Assembly (NCBI GenBank): GCA_965279205.1
Contig: OZ257144.1
Location: 2,415,499 to 2,479,498, forward strand
Origin: Hyphomonadaceae bacterium
GTDB lineage: Bacteria; Pseudomonadota; Alphaproteobacteria; Caulobacterales; Hyphomonadaceae
Length of the DNA: 64,000 nucleotides
Direction of reading: 5' to 3'
The notes below the pieces were generated by a model. The model ran no database searches, was not told where the DNA came from, and saw nothing but the letters and a program-made list of their open reading frames with translations. The translations under genes were made by a program, and so were the position numbers. Shown piece by piece: positions 62,665 through 64,000 of the stretch. Position 1 is the stretch's first letter. The number at the start of each line of letters is the position of its first letter.

Positions 62665-64000
62665 ATGAGCAAGCTCATGCTGATCGACGCAACCCACGCC
62701 GAGGAGACTCGCGTGGCCGTCGTATCGAACGGCCAGATCGAAGACTTTGACTTCGAAGCCCGGAACAAGAGACAGCTCCGGGGCAACATCTATCTCGCTA
62801 AGGTAACGCGGGTCGAACCGTCGCTTCAGGCTGCGTTCGTCGACTATGGCGGCAACCGCCACGGCTTCCTCGCCTTTGCCGAGATCCATCCCGACTACTA
62901 CCAGATCCCCAAGGAAGACCGCGAAGCCCTGCTCGCGGAAGCCGATGAGGAAGACGACACCGCGTCCTCCGCCGACGGCGAAGAGGAAGACGACGAAGAG
63001 GCGGAAGAAGAAGCCGAGCGCAAGCAGAACCGCCGCAACGCCCTCTTCCAGCGCAAGTACAAGATCCAGGAAGTCATCCGCCGCCGGCAGGTGATGCTGG
63101 TCCAGGTCGTCAAGGAAGAGCGCGGCAACAAGGGCGCAGCCCTCACAACCTACTTGTCCCTTGCTGGACGTTACTGCGTGCTGATGCCCAACACGTCGCG
63201 CGGCGGCGGCATCTCCCGCAAGATCACCAACGCGTCCGACCGCAAGCGCCTGAAAGCCATCACCTCCGAGTTCGAGGTTCCGCGCGGCGCCGGCCTGATC
63301 GTCCGCACGGCGGGCGCCAAGCGCACCAAGACCGAAGTCCGTCGCGACTTCGAATACCTTACCAAGCTCTGGCAGCAGATCGTCGGCAAGACGATGGAAT
63401 CCATGGCGCCTGCCCTCATCCACGAGGAAGGCCACCTGGTCCTGCGCGCCGTTCGCGATCTCTACGACAAGGACGTCGAGCGCATCATCGTGGAAGGCGA
63501 CGAGGCCTATAACGAGGCCCGCACCTTCGTGAAGATGCTCATGCCCTCCCACACCCGGAAGGTCGTGCAGCACGAGGACAACGGCCCGCTCTTCGTCATG
63601 ACGGGCGTCGAAGACCAGCTCGAGGGCATTTATTCGCCCACCGTGCAGCTGCCCTCCGGCGGCTACATCGTCATCAACCAGACCGAGGCGCTGGTCGCCA
63701 TCGACGTCAACTCCGGCAAGGCCACGCGCGAGCGCAACGTCGAAGCCACAGCCCTGAAAACCAACATGGAAGCGGCGGCGGAAGCCTGTCGCCAGATGCG
63801 CCTGCGTGATCTCGCTGGCCTCATCGTGATCGATTTCATCGACATGGAGGACAACCGGAACAACCGCGCCGTCGAAAAGAAGATGAAAGACTCGCTGAAG
63901 ATCGACCGGGCGCGCGTGCAGACCGGCCGCATCTCGCAGTTCGGTCTCTTCGAGATTTCACGGCAGCGTCGCCGCGCTGGCGTGCTCGAACTGTCTTCGG
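62665..64000 (+). CDS. rne: Ribonuclease E, N-terminal catalytic region (runs off window)
   Basis: Not in ORF track (no stop in window). MSKLMLIDATHAEETRVAVVSNGQIEDFDFEARNKRQLRGNIYLAKVTRVEPSLQAAFVDYGGNRHGFL...VKEERGNKGAALTTYLSLAGRYCVLMPN...IVINQTEALVAIDVNSGKAT...LAGLIVIDFIDM. Confidence 0.95.
   Translation, partial: MSKLMLIDATHAEETRVAVVSNGQIEDFDFEARNKRQLRGNIYLAKVTRVEPSLQAAFVDYGGNRHGFLAFAEIHPDYYQIPKEDREALLAEADEEDDTASSADGEEEDDEEAEEEAERKQNRRNALFQRKYKIQEVIRRRQVMLVQVVKEERGNKGAALTTYLSLAGRYCVLMPNTSRGGGISRKITNASDRKRLKAITSEFEVPRGAGLIVRTAGAKRTKTEVRRDFEYLTKLWQQIVGKTMESMAPALIHEEGHLVLRAVRDLYDKDVERIIVEGDEAYNEARTFVKMLMPSHTRKVVQHEDNGPLFVMTGVEDQLEGIYSPTVQLPSGGYIVINQTEALVAIDVNSGKATRERNVEATALKTNMEAAAEACRQMRLRDLAGLIVIDFIDMEDNRNNRAVEKKMKDSLKIDRARVQTGRISQFGLFEISRQRRRAGVLELSS

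Overview
High-GC core chromosomal segment of an alphaproteobacterium; the species cannot be named from sequence alone. About 60 genes, mostly on the minus strand. The backbone is housekeeping: a complete 14-gene nuoA-N complex I operon (7271..22172), followed downstream by the alphaproteobacterial block birA-coaX-rnj-mce-DUF1467-proS-lolE-lolD. The rest of the backbone is mfd-sdhE / recG, ppiB-ppiA-coaD-gyrA, prfB (programmed +1 frameshift), mrcA, amiC, the 5' part of rne, and one tRNA-Asp(GUC). Many junctions are translationally coupled (ATGA/TGATG overlaps at 313-317, 1931-1934, 5700-5703, 10220-10224, 18709-18712, 19401-19404, 21229-21232, 21796-21800, 25896-25899, 36852-36856, 43977-43980, 62005-62008). 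No CRISPR array, rRNA, transposase or integrase was seen. Main observations: (1) NuoH carries a C-terminal pair of canonical EF-hand Ca-binding loops. (2) An XRE-LuxR-LuxI quorum-sensing cassette sits in the normally tight sdhE/mfd-recG junction. (3) Tandem Sel1-repeat/prolyl-4-hydroxylase-like paralogs lie between tRNA-Asp and the nuo promoter. (4) A signal-peptide M1 metallopeptidase is coupled to a DUF6702-like protein and followed by an orphan GspN-like protein. (5) A small 2-TM gene is wedged between nuoE and nuoF. (6) LolE has an N-terminal hydrophobic extension. (7) A 53-codon ORF with coding-like GC3 falls below the ORF-track cutoff. (8) A vapBC module with direct-repeat operator lies next to the rne leader. 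Most long ORFs in the track that run antisense to these genes are high-GC artefacts. All family assignments come from motif recognition by eye, not from database searches.
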